From assembly GCA_050694055.1 (NCBI GenBank), contig JBOGWX010000053.1, positions 6,251 to 70,250 of the forward strand: a stretch of DNA of 64,000 bases, written 5' to 3'. This stretch comes from Actinomycetota bacterium. Lineage in GTDB: Bacteria; Actinomycetota; CADDZG01; WHSQ01. The notes under the pieces are model-generated. The model had not been told where the DNA came from. It searched no databases and was given only the letters and a program-made list of their open reading frames with translations. Both the position numbers and the translations under genes were made by a program. This document shows, in pieces, positions 20,828-30,986 of this stretch; position 1 is the first letter of the stretch; each line of letters opens with the position of its first letter.

Positions 20828-22867
20828 ATGGGAATTTTTAGCGCGCGCCCCTCCGGTTCCCTCCCCTCCGGTCCGGGGGGCTTGTCGCAGGCGCTCGAGG
20901 CCGCCATCAGGGTCAGCGACGTCGCGGCCTCCGCCGCCGCCCTTCCCGATGTGCTGGACGCCATGCTCCGGGCCGTGGTGGATCTCCTCGGAGTCGATCA
21001 GGGCTCGATCATGCTGGTCGACGAGGGTGGCCACAACCTCGTTCTGTCGGCCACCGTCGGCGCTCCCGCCGGTGTCCCCGTCGGCTACCGCATCGGGTGT
21101 GCTGAGGGCATCGCCGGCCGTGTGCTCGCGACCGGGAAACCGCTCCTGCTCGAGGAAGTAGACGCCGACGCCTTCGTCAACTTCACCGCCAAGCGACGCC
21201 GTATCTCGTCGAGTGCCGTTGTCCCGCTGCGCGTGCGCGGCAGAGCCATAGGCGTTCTCAGCATCGCCATCTGCGAGCGGTCGGGACATCTCAGCGACGA
21301 CGAGCTACGCGTGGCGCAGATGTTCGCCGACCAGGCCGCCGGGGTCATTCACCGCACCCGCCTGCACGACGGAGCCGAGCACCGCTCCTCGGACCTGATG
21401 GCGCTTCTGAGGGCGTCGCGCGGCGTCGTGGGCGTGCTCGACGTCAACGACTTGCTCCAGAAGATCCTGGACGGCGCCATGAGGCTCTCGGGTGGGGCCA
21501 CGGGATTCGTTTGTCTTTTTGACAGGGAGTCGGGTGGCGTCTCAACCGGCGTGTTCCGATCGATCGCCAAAGACGAGATCAGCGGGCTCCTGGCCCGTCC
21601 CGAAGTGATCGAGGCGAGGACCTCGCTGGAGCCGGTGGTGTTCGATGGATACTGCGTGGTCGGCATCGCGACGCAGGCCGGCACCTGCGGCGTCATCGTT
21701 ACCACCGGGGTCGAGGAGGTCGTCGGAGACCGGCTCGAGCTGTTGAGCCTCTTCCAGCAACAGAGCAGCAGTGCGCTGGCCTCGGCGGAACTGCACGAGG
21801 CGCTCAAACACAAGGAGCAGGAACTGTCCTCGATCATCGACGGCGTCCTCAACCCCATGGTGCTGGTGGACGCGGCTCACCGAATCGTGGCCATGAACCC
21901 CGCATCGGAGGAGCTCTTCCACGTCTCGGGGCGTTTCTCGGAGGGCGCCGCGGTCGACGGCGCGTTCGGTCACGACACCATCGAACGCCTTCTGATGGGC
22001 GACGGCGACATGCAGACCGAGATCGACGTGGGTGTACCGCCTCGTACCTTCAAGGCGCGCGTCACCGACGTGCGGTTGGTTGGTGCTCCCGCGGGACGGC
22101 TGCTGGTCATGGACGACGTCACCACCGAGCGGCAAAACGCAAGGGTCCAGCGGGACTTCGTCGCCATGATCGGACACGAGCTCCGCACGCCACTTACCAT
22201 CATCAAAGGCTTTGCTCGAACGCTCATCAAGCGCGTCGATCGCACGAGCGCGCAGCAGATGACCGACGTGCTCGTGACCATCGATAACAAGGCCAACCAG
22301 CTCGAACGCGTTATCGAAGACCTGCTGTACGTCTCGCGTGTCGAATCTCGTGAGGCGGCTCTGCGAGTCGAGCGCGTCGAGGTCGGCGAGCTCGTCGAGA
22401 AGGTCAGCCAGGAGATGCTGCGTAATCACCCCGAACGAGAGGTTCACCTCGATATCCCGGGGCTCGTTCGTTGGGTCTGCGACGAGTCGAAGGTGTCTCT
22501 GGTTCTCCGGCATCTGCTCGACAACGCACTGAAGTACTCGGACGCTCCGGCCCCCGTGTTCGTGCGGGTGCGAGAGGAGGCGGACGATCTCGTCATCGAG
22601 ATCGTCGACCGAGGAGTCGGAATGGTATCGAGCGACGTCCCCAACATCTTCGAGCGTTTCCACCAGATCGACGGTGGCTCGACGCGCACCCACGGGGGCC
22701 TGGGGGTGGGCCTCTACCTCAGCGCCCAACTCGTGCGCATCCACGGCGGGCGCATCTGGGTCGACTCGACCTGGGGCAAGGGCTCGACCTTCTGCTTCTC
22801 GCTCCCCCGCCGCGTGGGCCAGACGAACCCCCGAGTGCTGCGCCGCTCCCCCGAGGGCATCGCCTAG
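20828..22867 (+). CDS. Sensor histidine kinase (GAF-GAF-PAS-HisKA-HATPase); no cognate response regulator in the window
   Basis: 679 aa. H-box IGHELRTPLT; ATPase boxes DRGVGM and GGLGVGLYL; GAF-like N-terminal halves. Confidence 0.85.
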   Translation: MGIFSARPSGSLPSGPGGLSQALEAAIRVSDVAASAAALPDVLDAMLRAVVDLLGVDQGSIMLVDEGGHNLVLSATVGAPAGVPVGYRIGCAEGIAGRVLATGKPLLLEEVDADAFVNFTAKRRRISSSAVVPLRVRGRAIGVLSIAICERSGHLSDDELRVAQMFADQAAGVIHRTRLHDGAEHRSSDLMALLRASRGVVGVLDVNDLLQKILDGAMRLSGGATGFVCLFDRESGGVSTGVFRSIAKDEISGLLARPEVIEARTSLEPVVFDGYCVVGIATQAGTCGVIVTTGVEEVVGDRLELLSLFQQQSSSALASAELHEALKHKEQELSSIIDGVLNPMVLVDAAHRIVAMNPASEELFHVSGRFSEGAAVDGAFGHDTIERLLMGDGDMQTEIDVGVPPRTFKARVTDVRLVGAPAGRLLVMDDVTTERQNARVQRDFVAMIGHELRTPLTIIKGFARTLIKRVDRTSAQQMTDVLVTIDNKANQLERVIEDLLYVSRVESREAALRVERVEVGELVEKVSQEMLRNHPEREVHLDIPGLVRWVCDESKVSLVLRHLLDNALKYSDAPAPVFVRVREEADDLVIEIVDRGVGMVSSDVPNIFERFHQIDGGSTRTHGGLGVGLYLSAQLVRIHGGRIWVDSTWGKGSTFCFSLPRRVGQTNPRVLRRSPEGIA

Positions 22868-23823
22868 CTGTAAACGGCGGCAATCGAGGAGGCCAATCGT
22901 CGAGCCGCCGCCAGCATCTCAGGTGGCTCGACGTTACGGACCTCCGCGCCGAGCCGGGCGATCAAGGTCGCCGCCCAGCGCTCTCCCCCCGTAACCAGGG
23001 TGACTCTGCGCCAGCCATCCTCGAGCCACTCCGCCGACGTCACCGGGTAGTAGTCCTCGAACCAGGCCGCGACCCCAGGCGCAATCTCGAACGTCAAGGT
23101 GGACGAGCCGCCTCCGCTGAACGCGCCCTTGTAAGCGTCCGGGTCGAAGTCGTCTGGTATCTCCACCGGCTCGTTCGTGACCGTCACGCGCTTGATGCGA
23201 TCGGTTCTAAACATGCGCTCCTCGGCGCTCAGATGGTCGAGCCCCACGAGATACCAGTGACCCAGCGCGGCGATGAGCCCCCAGGGATCGACGGCGCGCT
23301 CGGTGAGCTCGCCCCGTGACGCCGACAGGTACTCGAGCTCGACCCGCCACTTCCCGGTTAGGGCGGCTTGCAGGTCTTCGAGGTGCGACGGTGAGCCCGG
23401 CTCCAGCGTCACCGCGATACCCGGTGACTCCCCCTCGTTGGCGTTGAGCGCGGTGCCCAGCTTCTCGAGCGCGCGCCGCAGGGCCTCGGCCCTCTCCATG
23501 CCCGGGAGCGAGGAGATGGCCGCGCCTCCCGCGTACAGCGCGAGACCCTCGACGGCGGTGATGCGCAGCGATTTGCTGAAGTAGTCGGCCATGTCGACGT
23601 AGACCCGATCGCCGTCGAGGTGCACCTCGATCAGGTCGCCCGGGCCGTATCCCGGCAGGCCGCAGAACCACAGCATCTCGAGGTCCTTTACGAGCTCTTT
23701 CTCCTGAGCGTCGAACTTGGCGGCCAGCTCGGATACCTCGACGCCGGGATTGGCGATCACATACGGCAGCATGGTGAGGATGCGCTGCAGACGTTTGCTG
23801 AGGCGGCCCTGAGAGGCGGTCAC
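22864..23823 (-). CDS. pafC: PafC-like WYL-domain transcriptional regulator
   Basis: ORF 22864..24024 trimmed to GTG 23821-23823, which overlaps the pafB TGA. RLQRILTMLPYVIANPGVEVSELAAKF wHTH and a WYL-type region (LGHWYLVG). The position after pafB matches the pafABC order. Confidence 0.75.
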   Translation of the reverse strand: MTASQGRLSKRLQRILTMLPYVIANPGVEVSELAAKFDAQEKELVKDLEMLWFCGLPGYGPGDLIEVHLDGDRVYVDMADYFSKSLRITAVEGLALYAGGAAISSLPGMERAEALRRALEKLGTALNANEGESPGIAVTLEPGSPSHLEDLQAALTGKWRVELEYLSASRGELTERAVDPWGLIAALGHWYLVGLDHLSAEERMFRTDRIKRVTVTNEPVEIPDDFDPDAYKGAFSGGGSSTLTFEIAPGVAAWFEDYYPVTSAEWLEDGWRRVTLVTGGERWAATLIARLGAEVRNVEPPEMLAAARRLASSIAAVYS

Positions 23824-24770
23824 CGTTCGACCGCCAGCAGGGGCTGCAGGTGGTCCAGGAGGGCCGCGCGCGCCTCCGCAGGTGCGCGCACTTCGACCGC
23901 CGCTCCGAAGCCCAGGACCCAGGAGACCAGGGCGTCCAGGTTGCCCACGGGAAGGGTGACTTCGATGTTGCCGCCGCCGTCCTCGGCGTGCTCGGCGCCG
24001 GCCAGATTCTGCCTCACCCACCATGCGAGCGAAGCATCGAACCGCACGACCGCCTGGACGGGCTGCCGGCCGATCTCGTAGGGCTCGGCCGAGAGATGTT
24101 TCTGCGCATCGAAGCCCGAGGGGATGGAATAGCTTCCCTCGTGCGTCTTGACCTTGCCCCGAACACGAGAGATGCGAAACGAGCGGGTAGCGGAGCGGTC
24201 GACGTCGTTACCCACGACGTACCAGTGACCGCGCCGGTTGACGAGTCCGTAGGGCTCCAGCGCGCGGGTAGAGCGATCTCCCGAGGCGCTCTCGTACTCG
24301 AAGGTAATCGGTCTCCGCTCGAGCTGCGCCTCGTAGATGGCCCCGAGTGCGGGCTGGTGCATGTCGTCGCCCCAGGCGACCTGTGGTCCGTCCACGGGAG
24401 CGGCGCGCGAGTCCACCGAGATCTTCAGCAGGCCGCGGTCGGCCTCGTTCTGGCCGCCGCGGACGGCATCCCGAGCCAGACGCAGAGCCGCGATCTCGTC
24501 CGCCTCCAGCTTCAGGTCGGGGAGGTAGTAGCGATCCTTGTCGATGATGTAGCCGTCGGAGTGTTCGTCGAGGGCGTTCGACTTGCGCACCTCGATCGGT
24601 ATGCCCATGGCGCGCAGCTCGTCCTTGTCGCGCTCGAAGGCTCGCCTGAAGGAGTCGTAGTTGTCCTGCCCGTAACCCGCTACTCGCCGGTTGATTTCCT
24701 CCGCGCCAAGCGGTCTCGTCGTGTCCAGTAGGGCGATGATGAGGTTGATGAGGCGCTCGATCCTCGTCAC
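23820..24770 (-). CDS. pafB: PafB-like WYL-domain transcriptional regulator
   Basis: 316 aa. MTRIERLINLIIALLDTTRPLGAEEI wHTH and a WYL region (RRGHWYVVG). Its GTG 24768-24770 overlaps the TGA of the upstream DUF3866-like gene. Confidence 0.75.
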   Translation of the reverse strand: MTRIERLINLIIALLDTTRPLGAEEINRRVAGYGQDNYDSFRRAFERDKDELRAMGIPIEVRKSNALDEHSDGYIIDKDRYYLPDLKLEADEIAALRLARDAVRGGQNEADRGLLKISVDSRAAPVDGPQVAWGDDMHQPALGAIYEAQLERRPITFEYESASGDRSTRALEPYGLVNRRGHWYVVGNDVDRSATRSFRISRVRGKVKTHEGSYSIPSGFDAQKHLSAEPYEIGRQPVQAVVRFDASLAWWVRQNLAGAEHAEDGGGNIEVTLPVGNLDALVSWVLGFGAAVEVRAPAEARAALLDHLQPLLAVER

Positions 24771-25879
24771 GTCCGCTCCCCCTCCTCGAGCCGGTCACTC
24801 GATTCTGCGAGCGTAGCGCGCCCGGCAAGCGCACCGGCGGCTCCCGCGGCAACAAAGAACTCGGGGTTGTCCTCGAGCTTCCGGCCCATCGACTGCAGGG
24901 GGATGCCGGCCTCGACCGCGCGTCGCACGGCCTCGACGCCGGTCGCCTCGACGACCGCATGACGCTCGGTGAGCCCCGCATCCTCGAGTTGACCGGCGAC
25001 GACGCGCGCCTGGTCGTCGAGAAGCTCGGGAACCGCAATCGTGCACCGCCTCTGGGTCCCCAGGCGCAGCGCGGTGAGACAGTGATGGCTGATCCCGCGG
25101 TGGCGCGCGCGTTCGTCGACGAACGAGATGCGCAGGCACGCGAACGGCCGTCCCCCCAAGGTTCCCGCCACGTCCAAGAGAGGCCCCTGCTCCATCGCGG
25201 TGAAACCAAGAGCGGTTCCCGTTCCCACGACACCGGGCCCCATCGCGATCACGATGGCGTCGACCCCGGCCGCGTTCCTCAGCGCAGCAAGGCCGCTGAA
25301 GACGTTAACGGCTTCGAGGTCGCCGCCGAACGAGTGTCCGGAAGTGCAGGTGACTTCCAGGAGCCCCGCATCCTTGAGTGATCGAACCAGGTTGCTCCAG
25401 GGGAGCGGCAGCGCCGCCCCGTCCGTCATGAGGTAGCCGACCCGCGCCGCGGGGTTCGCTTCCTTGATTCCCGCCGCCACCGGTCCCAACTGCGAGTGCA
25501 CTCCGCACACGACGACCGGAGTCCCGTGGATGGAGGTGGCCTCGCGCAGGCTCTCGTGATGTGGGCTCTCGGGCGCTTCCGCCGTCAGTACCTCGGTCTG
25601 CCACGGGGTGTACCGAAGCTTGACGACATGACCACGGCCACGCGTCGGAAGGTCCGAGTTGCTGAGGTTCCACAGGATGAATGCAATCCCGCCGGTGCCG
25701 AGGTCCAGGTCGATCCCGGTGGTGTTGAGGACGACCTCGTCACCCTCCTTGATGGCGGCGACCATCCCGGGAAAGGCCACTGCAGTGACGTTCTGCCCGT
25801 CGACGTCGACCTTCGTCACGAGCAGATCGGGCTCTTGCTCGACGAGCTCGGCCACCCTCCCCCGCCGCCAGCCCGCCAT
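24767..25879 (-). CDS. DUF3866-like protein of unknown function
   Basis: 370 aa. GDEVVLNTTGIDLDLGTGGIAFILW and the overall length resemble the DUF3866 family (from memory, not searched). It lies between pafA and pafB on the same strand. Confidence 0.6.
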   Translation of the reverse strand: MAGWRRGRVAELVEQEPDLLVTKVDVDGQNVTAVAFPGMVAAIKEGDEVVLNTTGIDLDLGTGGIAFILWNLSNSDLPTRGRGHVVKLRYTPWQTEVLTAEAPESPHHESLREATSIHGTPVVVCGVHSQLGPVAAGIKEANPAARVGYLMTDGAALPLPWSNLVRSLKDAGLLEVTCTSGHSFGGDLEAVNVFSGLAALRNAAGVDAIVIAMGPGVVGTGTALGFTAMEQGPLLDVAGTLGGRPFACLRISFVDERARHRGISHHCLTALRLGTQRRCTIAVPELLDDQARVVAGQLEDAGLTERHAVVEATGVEAVRRAVEAGIPLQSMGRKLEDNPEFFVAAGAAGALAGRATLAESSDRLEEGERT

Positions 25880-25916
25880 CAGTCGTTCACCGAGCCTCGG
25901 CCCCGGCTGTCGTCCA

Positions 25917-27269
25917 CTAGAGACTGGCGATCAGCTTGGCAACGCGCTCGTCGGTCGAGCGGAACGGGTCCTTGCACAACACGGTGCGTTGAGCCTGATC
26001 GTTGAGCTTGAGGTGCACCCAGTCGACCGTGAAGTCGCGTCGCTTACGCTTCGCGGCCCGAATGAACTCACCCCGTAACCGAGCCCTGGTGGTTTGGGGA
26101 GGCTCCTGCGTGGCCCGCTCGATGTCGCTCTCGTCGCAAGTTCGCTCCGCAACCCCACGACGTTCGAGCAGGTAGTAGAGCCCCCGCTTGCGGTTGACGT
26201 CGTGATAGGCGAGGTCCATCAGCGAAACCCGAGGATGCGCAAGCGACAGGTTGTGCTTGGCGCGGTAGCGCTCGATCAAATTGCGCTTCATGATCCAGTC
26301 CACCTGGGTGTCGAGACTGTCCTGGTCGTGCTCCAGGCCGTGGATCGCGTGTTCCCACATGACCGCGATCTCCTTCAGCACGGGATCGTCACGATGATCG
26401 ACCCAACGGAGTGCCTTTTGCAGGTATTCCTTCTGCATGTCGAGCGCCGATGCCTCGCGCCCGTTGGCCAGGCGGACCTTCCGTTTACAGGTCGAGTCGT
26501 GGCTGATCTCTCGTATCGCTCGGATCGGGTTCTCGAGCGTTAGGTCCCGAATCTGAACACCCTCCTCGACCATTCGCAGCAGAAGCGCGGTAGTTCCGAT
26601 CTTGAGGTAGGAGGTCCACTCACTCATGTTCGAGTCGCCGACGATGACGTGCAGCCGGCGGAACTTCTCAGCGTCCGCGTGCGGCTCGTCGCGCGTGTTG
26701 ATGATGGGCCGTGACCGTGTCGTCGCGGACGAGACGCCCTCCCAGATGTGCTCCGCACGCTGCGAGATGCAGAAGAGCGCGCCTCTGGCCGTCTGGAGCA
26801 CCTTGCCGGCTCCCGCGTAGATCTGGCGGCTCACGAAGAAGGGAATCATGACCTCGGCGAGGCGCCCGAACTCGCCGTAGCGACTGACCAGGTAGTTCTC
26901 GTGGCTTCCGTAGGAGTTGCCCGCCGAGTCGGTGTTGTTCTTGAAGAGGTAGATGTCGCCCGAGATGCCCTCTTCTCGCAACCGGGCCTCGGCGGCCTTG
27001 AGCAAGCCCTCGAGGATCCGTTCCCCCGCCTTGTCGTGCACCACGAGGTCGTAGACGGTGTCGCACTCGGGCGTCGCGTACTCGGGATGTGAGCCGACGT
27101 CGAGATACAGGCGGGCCCCGTTCTCGAGAAAGACGTTGCTCGAGCGGCCCCACGAGACGACCCGCCGGAACAGATAGCGGGCGACCTCGTCGGGGGACAG
27201 CCGGCGCTGGCCCCTGAAAGTGCAGGTGACTCCGTATTCGTTCTCGGTGCCGAAGATGCGCCGCTCCAT
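25917..27269 (-). CDS. pafA: Pup-protein ligase PafA
   Basis: 450 aa. [15 protein letters not shown]-terminus of the Dop/PafA carboxylate-amine ligase family. It lacks the Dop-specific insertion and lies downstream of prcA. Confidence 0.9.
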   Translation of the reverse strand: MERRIFGTENEYGVTCTFRGQRRLSPDEVARYLFRRVVSWGRSSNVFLENGARLYLDVGSHPEYATPECDTVYDLVVHDKAGERILEGLLKAAEARLREEGISGDIYLFKNNTDSAGNSYGSHENYLVSRYGEFGRLAEVMIPFFVSRQIYAGAGKVLQTARGALFCISQRAEHIWEGVSSATTRSRPIINTRDEPHADAEKFRRLHVIVGDSNMSEWTSYLKIGTTALLLRMVEEGVQIRDLTLENPIRAIREISHDSTCKRKVRLANGREASALDMQKEYLQKALRWVDHRDDPVLKEIAVMWEHAIHGLEHDQDSLDTQVDWIMKRNLIERYRAKHNLSLAHPRVSLMDLAYHDVNRKRGLYYLLERRGVAERTCDESDIERATQEPPQTTRARLRGEFIRAAKRKRRDFTVDWVHLKLNDQAQRTVLCKDPFRSTDERVAKLIASL

Positions 27270-27439
27270 GGCCCCACAATAAGTCCCCCGTGCCCACGAG
27301 TGGCTTCATCGCGGCTTCCGCAACAGCGTGGCCCGACCTGCCGGCGGAGCCGCTTCTGGACCTCGAGGTGTCGGCTCACGCGCCTTTCAGGGTCCGAGAG
27401 TACTCACCGGGTAAGGGGCCGGCGCGGGGCAGACCTCGA

Positions 27440-28132
27440 TCAGAAGAGCTTGCTCAGCACCTGCTCGCTGAGGCGGCGGAACTTGCGGCGACTGCGGTTG
27501 CGATCGAGAACGGCGGCTTCGACGGTCGCGGGAGTCAGCTCTCGTTCGCCTGCGGCGCGCAACGCCTCGATCCCGAGGGTGAGGGCCGCTTCGGAGTCCG
27601 GCACCTCCTCGGGATAGGTCGCGGGATAGTGCTCTCCCAGATGGGCCTCGATCGTCTCGGCTTGACCTCCCATTGCCACCCAGCGTTGGCGATCGGTGAC
27701 CGACCCGTCGTAGAGGATGTGGAAGATCTCGTTCCTATTGGTGTCGTCGCCTACCGCCGCCACGAGAATCTCGCACTCGTACGGTTTGACCTCGGACGTG
27801 AAGATGTTCCCCAGTGTCTGGCTGTAAGCGTTGGCGAGAGCCTTGGCGGTCACGTCGTGGCGCGAGTAGCTGTAGCCCTTGAGATCGCTCAGCCTGATTC
27901 CACCGATGCGCAACTGCTCGAACTCGTTGAACTTTCCGACGCCGGCGAACGCGATGCGGTCGTAGATCTCGGAGATCTTGTGCAACGTCGCAGATGTGTT
28001 CTCGGCAAGAAAGAGAATGCCCTCGGAGTACTCGATGACGAGGACCGACTTGCCGCGCCCGATGCCCTTGCGCGCGTAATCAGCCTTGTCCTTCATCAGT
28101 TGTTCGGGCGAGACGTAGTACGGAGTCGGCAC
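27440..28132 (-). CDS. prcA: 20S proteasome alpha subunit
   Basis: MPTPYYVSPEQLMKDKADYARKGIGRGKSVLVIEY matches the actinobacterial PrcA N-terminus. Confidence 0.9.
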   Translation of the reverse strand: MPTPYYVSPEQLMKDKADYARKGIGRGKSVLVIEYSEGILFLAENTSATLHKISEIYDRIAFAGVGKFNEFEQLRIGGIRLSDLKGYSYSRHDVTAKALANAYSQTLGNIFTSEVKPYECEILVAAVGDDTNRNEIFHILYDGSVTDRQRWVAMGGQAETIEAHLGEHYPATYPEEVPDSEAALTLGIEALRAAGERELTPATVEAAVLDRNRSRRKFRRLSEQVLSKLF

Positions 28133-28181
28133 GCCTTTCTTCCCTCCTGTAATACCGCGCGATCGTCGAGACGATCGCTGG

Positions 28182-29027
28182 TTAGCTCTCCTGCTCCGGC
28201 CGGCGGACGTCTACGGTGTGGGTCTCTTTGTGCTCCGAGCGTTCCGCAATCAACTCCTCGAAGAACCGCTGAATCTCGTCCTCGGGAATCTCCACCATTC
28301 CGGGGCCGGAGATCGCGACCACGTTCGGGAATATGCCCCGCATCAGGTCGGGCCCGCCGGTCCCCACATCTTCGTCCGCGGCGTCGAACAGCGCTTCGAT
28401 GGCGAACTTCACCGCTGCATCTCGGCTGAGACCTTCCCGGTAGCGCTTCTTGAGCGAGCTGCGCGCGTCCTTTCCACCCGAGCCCGACGCATGGTAGTCG
28501 TCCTCCTCGTAACGCCCACCCGTCACGTCGTACTTGAAGATGCGCCCGCGCTGCTGGTCGTCGTCGAAACCCGCGAACACCGGAACGACCACGAGTCCCT
28601 GCATCGCAGCCGGCAGGTTGGCCCGGATCATCTGGCTCAGCTTGTTCGCCTTGCCCTCGAGCGTGAGCCGCTCGCCCTCGACCTTCTCGTAGTGCTCGAG
28701 CTCGGTCTGAAACAGTCGAACCATCTCGACCGCCGGGCCCGCTGCGCCGGCGATTGCGACCGCGGAATGATCGTCGGCGGCGAAGACCTTCTCGATGGAA
28801 CGGTGGGCTATCTGGAAGCCCTCGGTCGCACGCCGGTCGCCCGCGACGATGACTCCCTCCTCGTAGCGGAGAGCAAGCACCGTCGTGCCCTCGGGCACCT
28901 GAAGGTTGCCCGAGCCGTGGACTCGAGACAGCGCCTCCGGCGCGTGGGACCGAAGCAGGTCGGAGAACGACGAGCCCGGCCCGTTCACCGGGACCCGGAT
29001 CAGGTCGCTGAGGTGTGGTTCTTTCAT
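28182..29027 (-). CDS. prcB: 20S proteasome beta subunit (with propeptide)
   Basis: ORF 28182..29102. ATG 29025-29027 (MKEPHL...) follows a GGAGAGAG; 29102 is the alternative start. The propeptide ends at ...QVPEG/TTVLALRYEEGVIVAGDRR with the catalytic Thr. Confidence 0.85.
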   Translation of the reverse strand: MKEPHLSDLIRVPVNGPGSSFSDLLRSHAPEALSRVHGSGNLQVPEGTTVLALRYEEGVIVAGDRRATEGFQIAHRSIEKVFAADDHSAVAIAGAAGPAVEMVRLFQTELEHYEKVEGERLTLEGKANKLSQMIRANLPAAMQGLVVVPVFAGFDDDQQRGRIFKYDVTGGRYEEDDYHASGSGGKDARSSLKKRYREGLSRDAAVKFAIEALFDAADEDVGTGGPDLMRGIFPNVVAISGPGMVEIPEDEIQRFFEELIAERSEHKETHTVDVRRPEQES

Positions 29028-29154
29028 CGAGCTGTGGCTCTCTCCAGATAGTCGGCGGCTCTGCTCATGAGCTCGAGGTCGTCCGAGAACGGCCCCAGCC
29101 ACACTGGCGATTCCTTAACTGGCGCCCTGTAAGGAGCGAAATGCAGATAGCCCC

Positions 29155-29337
29155 CTACTCTCCGCCCTTCTGTACGAACGACCGCACGAACTCCTCGGCA
29201 TTGCTCTCCAGGACCGAGTCGATTTCGTCCAGCAGATCGTCCACCTCTTCGGTCTTCTCGTCGGTCGTTTTGGCCTCGACGGCCTCGTCGGTCGTCTCGT
29301 CTTTCTTCGACTTCGGTTTGCGTGTCTGGTCTGCCAT
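29155..29337 (-). CDS. pup: Prokaryotic ubiquitin-like protein Pup, C-terminus GGE
   Basis: 60 aa, acidic and disordered, ending ...[13 protein letters not shown]. Located between dop and prcB. Confidence 0.9.
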   Translation of the reverse strand: MADQTRKPKSKKDETTDEAVEAKTTDEKTEEVDDLLDEIDSVLESNAEEFVRSFVQKGGE

Positions 29338-29459
29338 GAGCCATCACCTCACAATCGGCTGAAGATCAAGTCTACAGATAGCCTGTGGCGATCAACGGTC
29401 CTTCTCGATTATTGCCACATAGAGTGAATCGTCAGAGGTGATCGCCTGCTGAAGGTGTA

Positions 29460-30941
29460 TCAGGAACCGAGGTTGCGAATCAGCGTCGAGGCGTCCGGCG
29501 ACACTTCCAGGAGCCCGTCTACGTGCGTCTTCGTGCCCCGGGTCGGCTCGAGCGTTGGCACCTTGCGCAGCGGCTCGTCGCCGATGTCGAAGATCAGTGC
29601 GTCCCACGACGCGGCGACGATGACGTCGCTGAAGCGCCTCAGGCATTCCCCTCGGAAATAGGCCCGTGTGTCCGACGGCGGGTGGTCGACGGCGTGCTCG
29701 ATCTCGGAGTCGGTCACGAGTCGCTCGATCTTGCCCGACTCCAAGAGCTTATAGTAGAGCCCCTTGCCCCGACGGACGTCGTGCCACTGGAGATCGACCA
29801 TCTTCAGCTTGGAACTATCCCATTCGAGCGAGTCGCGGTCGCGGTATGCCCGCATAACGGACAGCTTGGCGACCCAGTCCAGCTCGCGGCCGAGCGACAT
29901 CGGATCGGACTCGAGCCTGTCGAGGACACTCTCCCACCGCTCGAGCACGTCGTTCTCGACGTCCGAGATGTCGTTGTCCTGTGCGTACTTCTTAGCCAGC
30001 CGCAGGTACTCCCATTGCAGCTCGACCGCGGTGATGCGCCTACCGTCCTCTAGCTCGATGGTCGATCGCAGGTTCGTGTCGTGACTGACGGATTTCATCG
30101 CGCGCACCGGTTCCACCAGCGTGAAGTCATCGGTGATGAAGTCGTCCTCGATCATCTTCAGAACGAGCGCCGTGGTCCCCAGCTTCAAGTAGGTCGCGAC
30201 CTCGCACATGTTGGCGTCGCCGACGATCACGTGCAGCCGCCGGTAGATATCGGGGTCGGCGTGAGGTTCGTCGCGGGTGTTGATGATCGGCCGTTTGAAA
30301 GTCGTCTCCAGTCCGACCTCGACTTCGAAGAAGTCTGCCCGCTGCGAGATCTGATAACCGACCTCCTCGGCTCCGTTCTCGGCCCCCACCTTCCCTGCGC
30401 CGGTGAACACCTGGCGCGACACGAAGAAGGGGATCAGATTCTTCACGAGCGCCGGAAACGGCACCTTACGGTCGACCAGGTAGTTCTCGTGACAGCCGTA
30501 CGAGTTGCCCTTGCCGTCCGAGTTGTTCTTGTAGATGAAGACTCGCTCGTGCTCGGGAACGATGTTGTAGGCGGCCTCCATCGAGTCCTCGAGTATCCGT
30601 TCCCCCGCCTTGTCCCAGATGACGCAGTCGCGCGCGTTCGAGCACTCGGGGCTCGAATACTCGGGGTGGGCGTGGTCCACGTAGTAGCGAGAGCCGTTGG
30701 GAAGGATGATGTTAACCAGCCCGGAGTCGTCCTCGGGAGTGGTCTCGGCGGGCGCGCGATCGAAGCCGCGCGCGTCCCTGAGGGGGTTCTCCTCCTCGTA
30801 GTCCCATCGCACCCGCTTGAACGCCGGCTTGGCGTAAGCGTTGATGAGCAGCGACGAGGTCAGGATCGGGTTGAAGTCCACGGCGCCCCGCACCGAGATG
30901 CCGTACTCGGTCTCTATGCCGCAGATCTTCGGAATGGCCAT
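29460..30941 (-). CDS. dop: Depupylase/deamidase Dop
   Basis: 493 aa. MAIPKICGIETEYGI. About 40 residues longer than the PafA paralogue, consistent with the Dop loop. Located between mpa and pup. Confidence 0.9.
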   Translation of the reverse strand: MAIPKICGIETEYGISVRGAVDFNPILTSSLLINAYAKPAFKRVRWDYEEENPLRDARGFDRAPAETTPEDDSGLVNIILPNGSRYYVDHAHPEYSSPECSNARDCVIWDKAGERILEDSMEAAYNIVPEHERVFIYKNNSDGKGNSYGCHENYLVDRKVPFPALVKNLIPFFVSRQVFTGAGKVGAENGAEEVGYQISQRADFFEVEVGLETTFKRPIINTRDEPHADPDIYRRLHVIVGDANMCEVATYLKLGTTALVLKMIEDDFITDDFTLVEPVRAMKSVSHDTNLRSTIELEDGRRITAVELQWEYLRLAKKYAQDNDISDVENDVLERWESVLDRLESDPMSLGRELDWVAKLSVMRAYRDRDSLEWDSSKLKMVDLQWHDVRRGKGLYYKLLESGKIERLVTDSEIEHAVDHPPSDTRAYFRGECLRRFSDVIVAASWDALIFDIGDEPLRKVPTLEPTRGTKTHVDGLLEVSPDASTLIRNLGS

Positions 30942-30986
30942 TAAGGAAGGGTACGACGAGAGCTACGGAACTTGCCCCACGTACGG

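Noticed and set aside
29343-29447. 8-bp inverted repeat ATCACCTC ... GAGGTGAT in the AT-richer dop-pup intergenic region
   Set aside because: The arms are about 85 nt apart and only 8 bp long, which is expected by chance. The region is probably just the pup-prcBA promoter.
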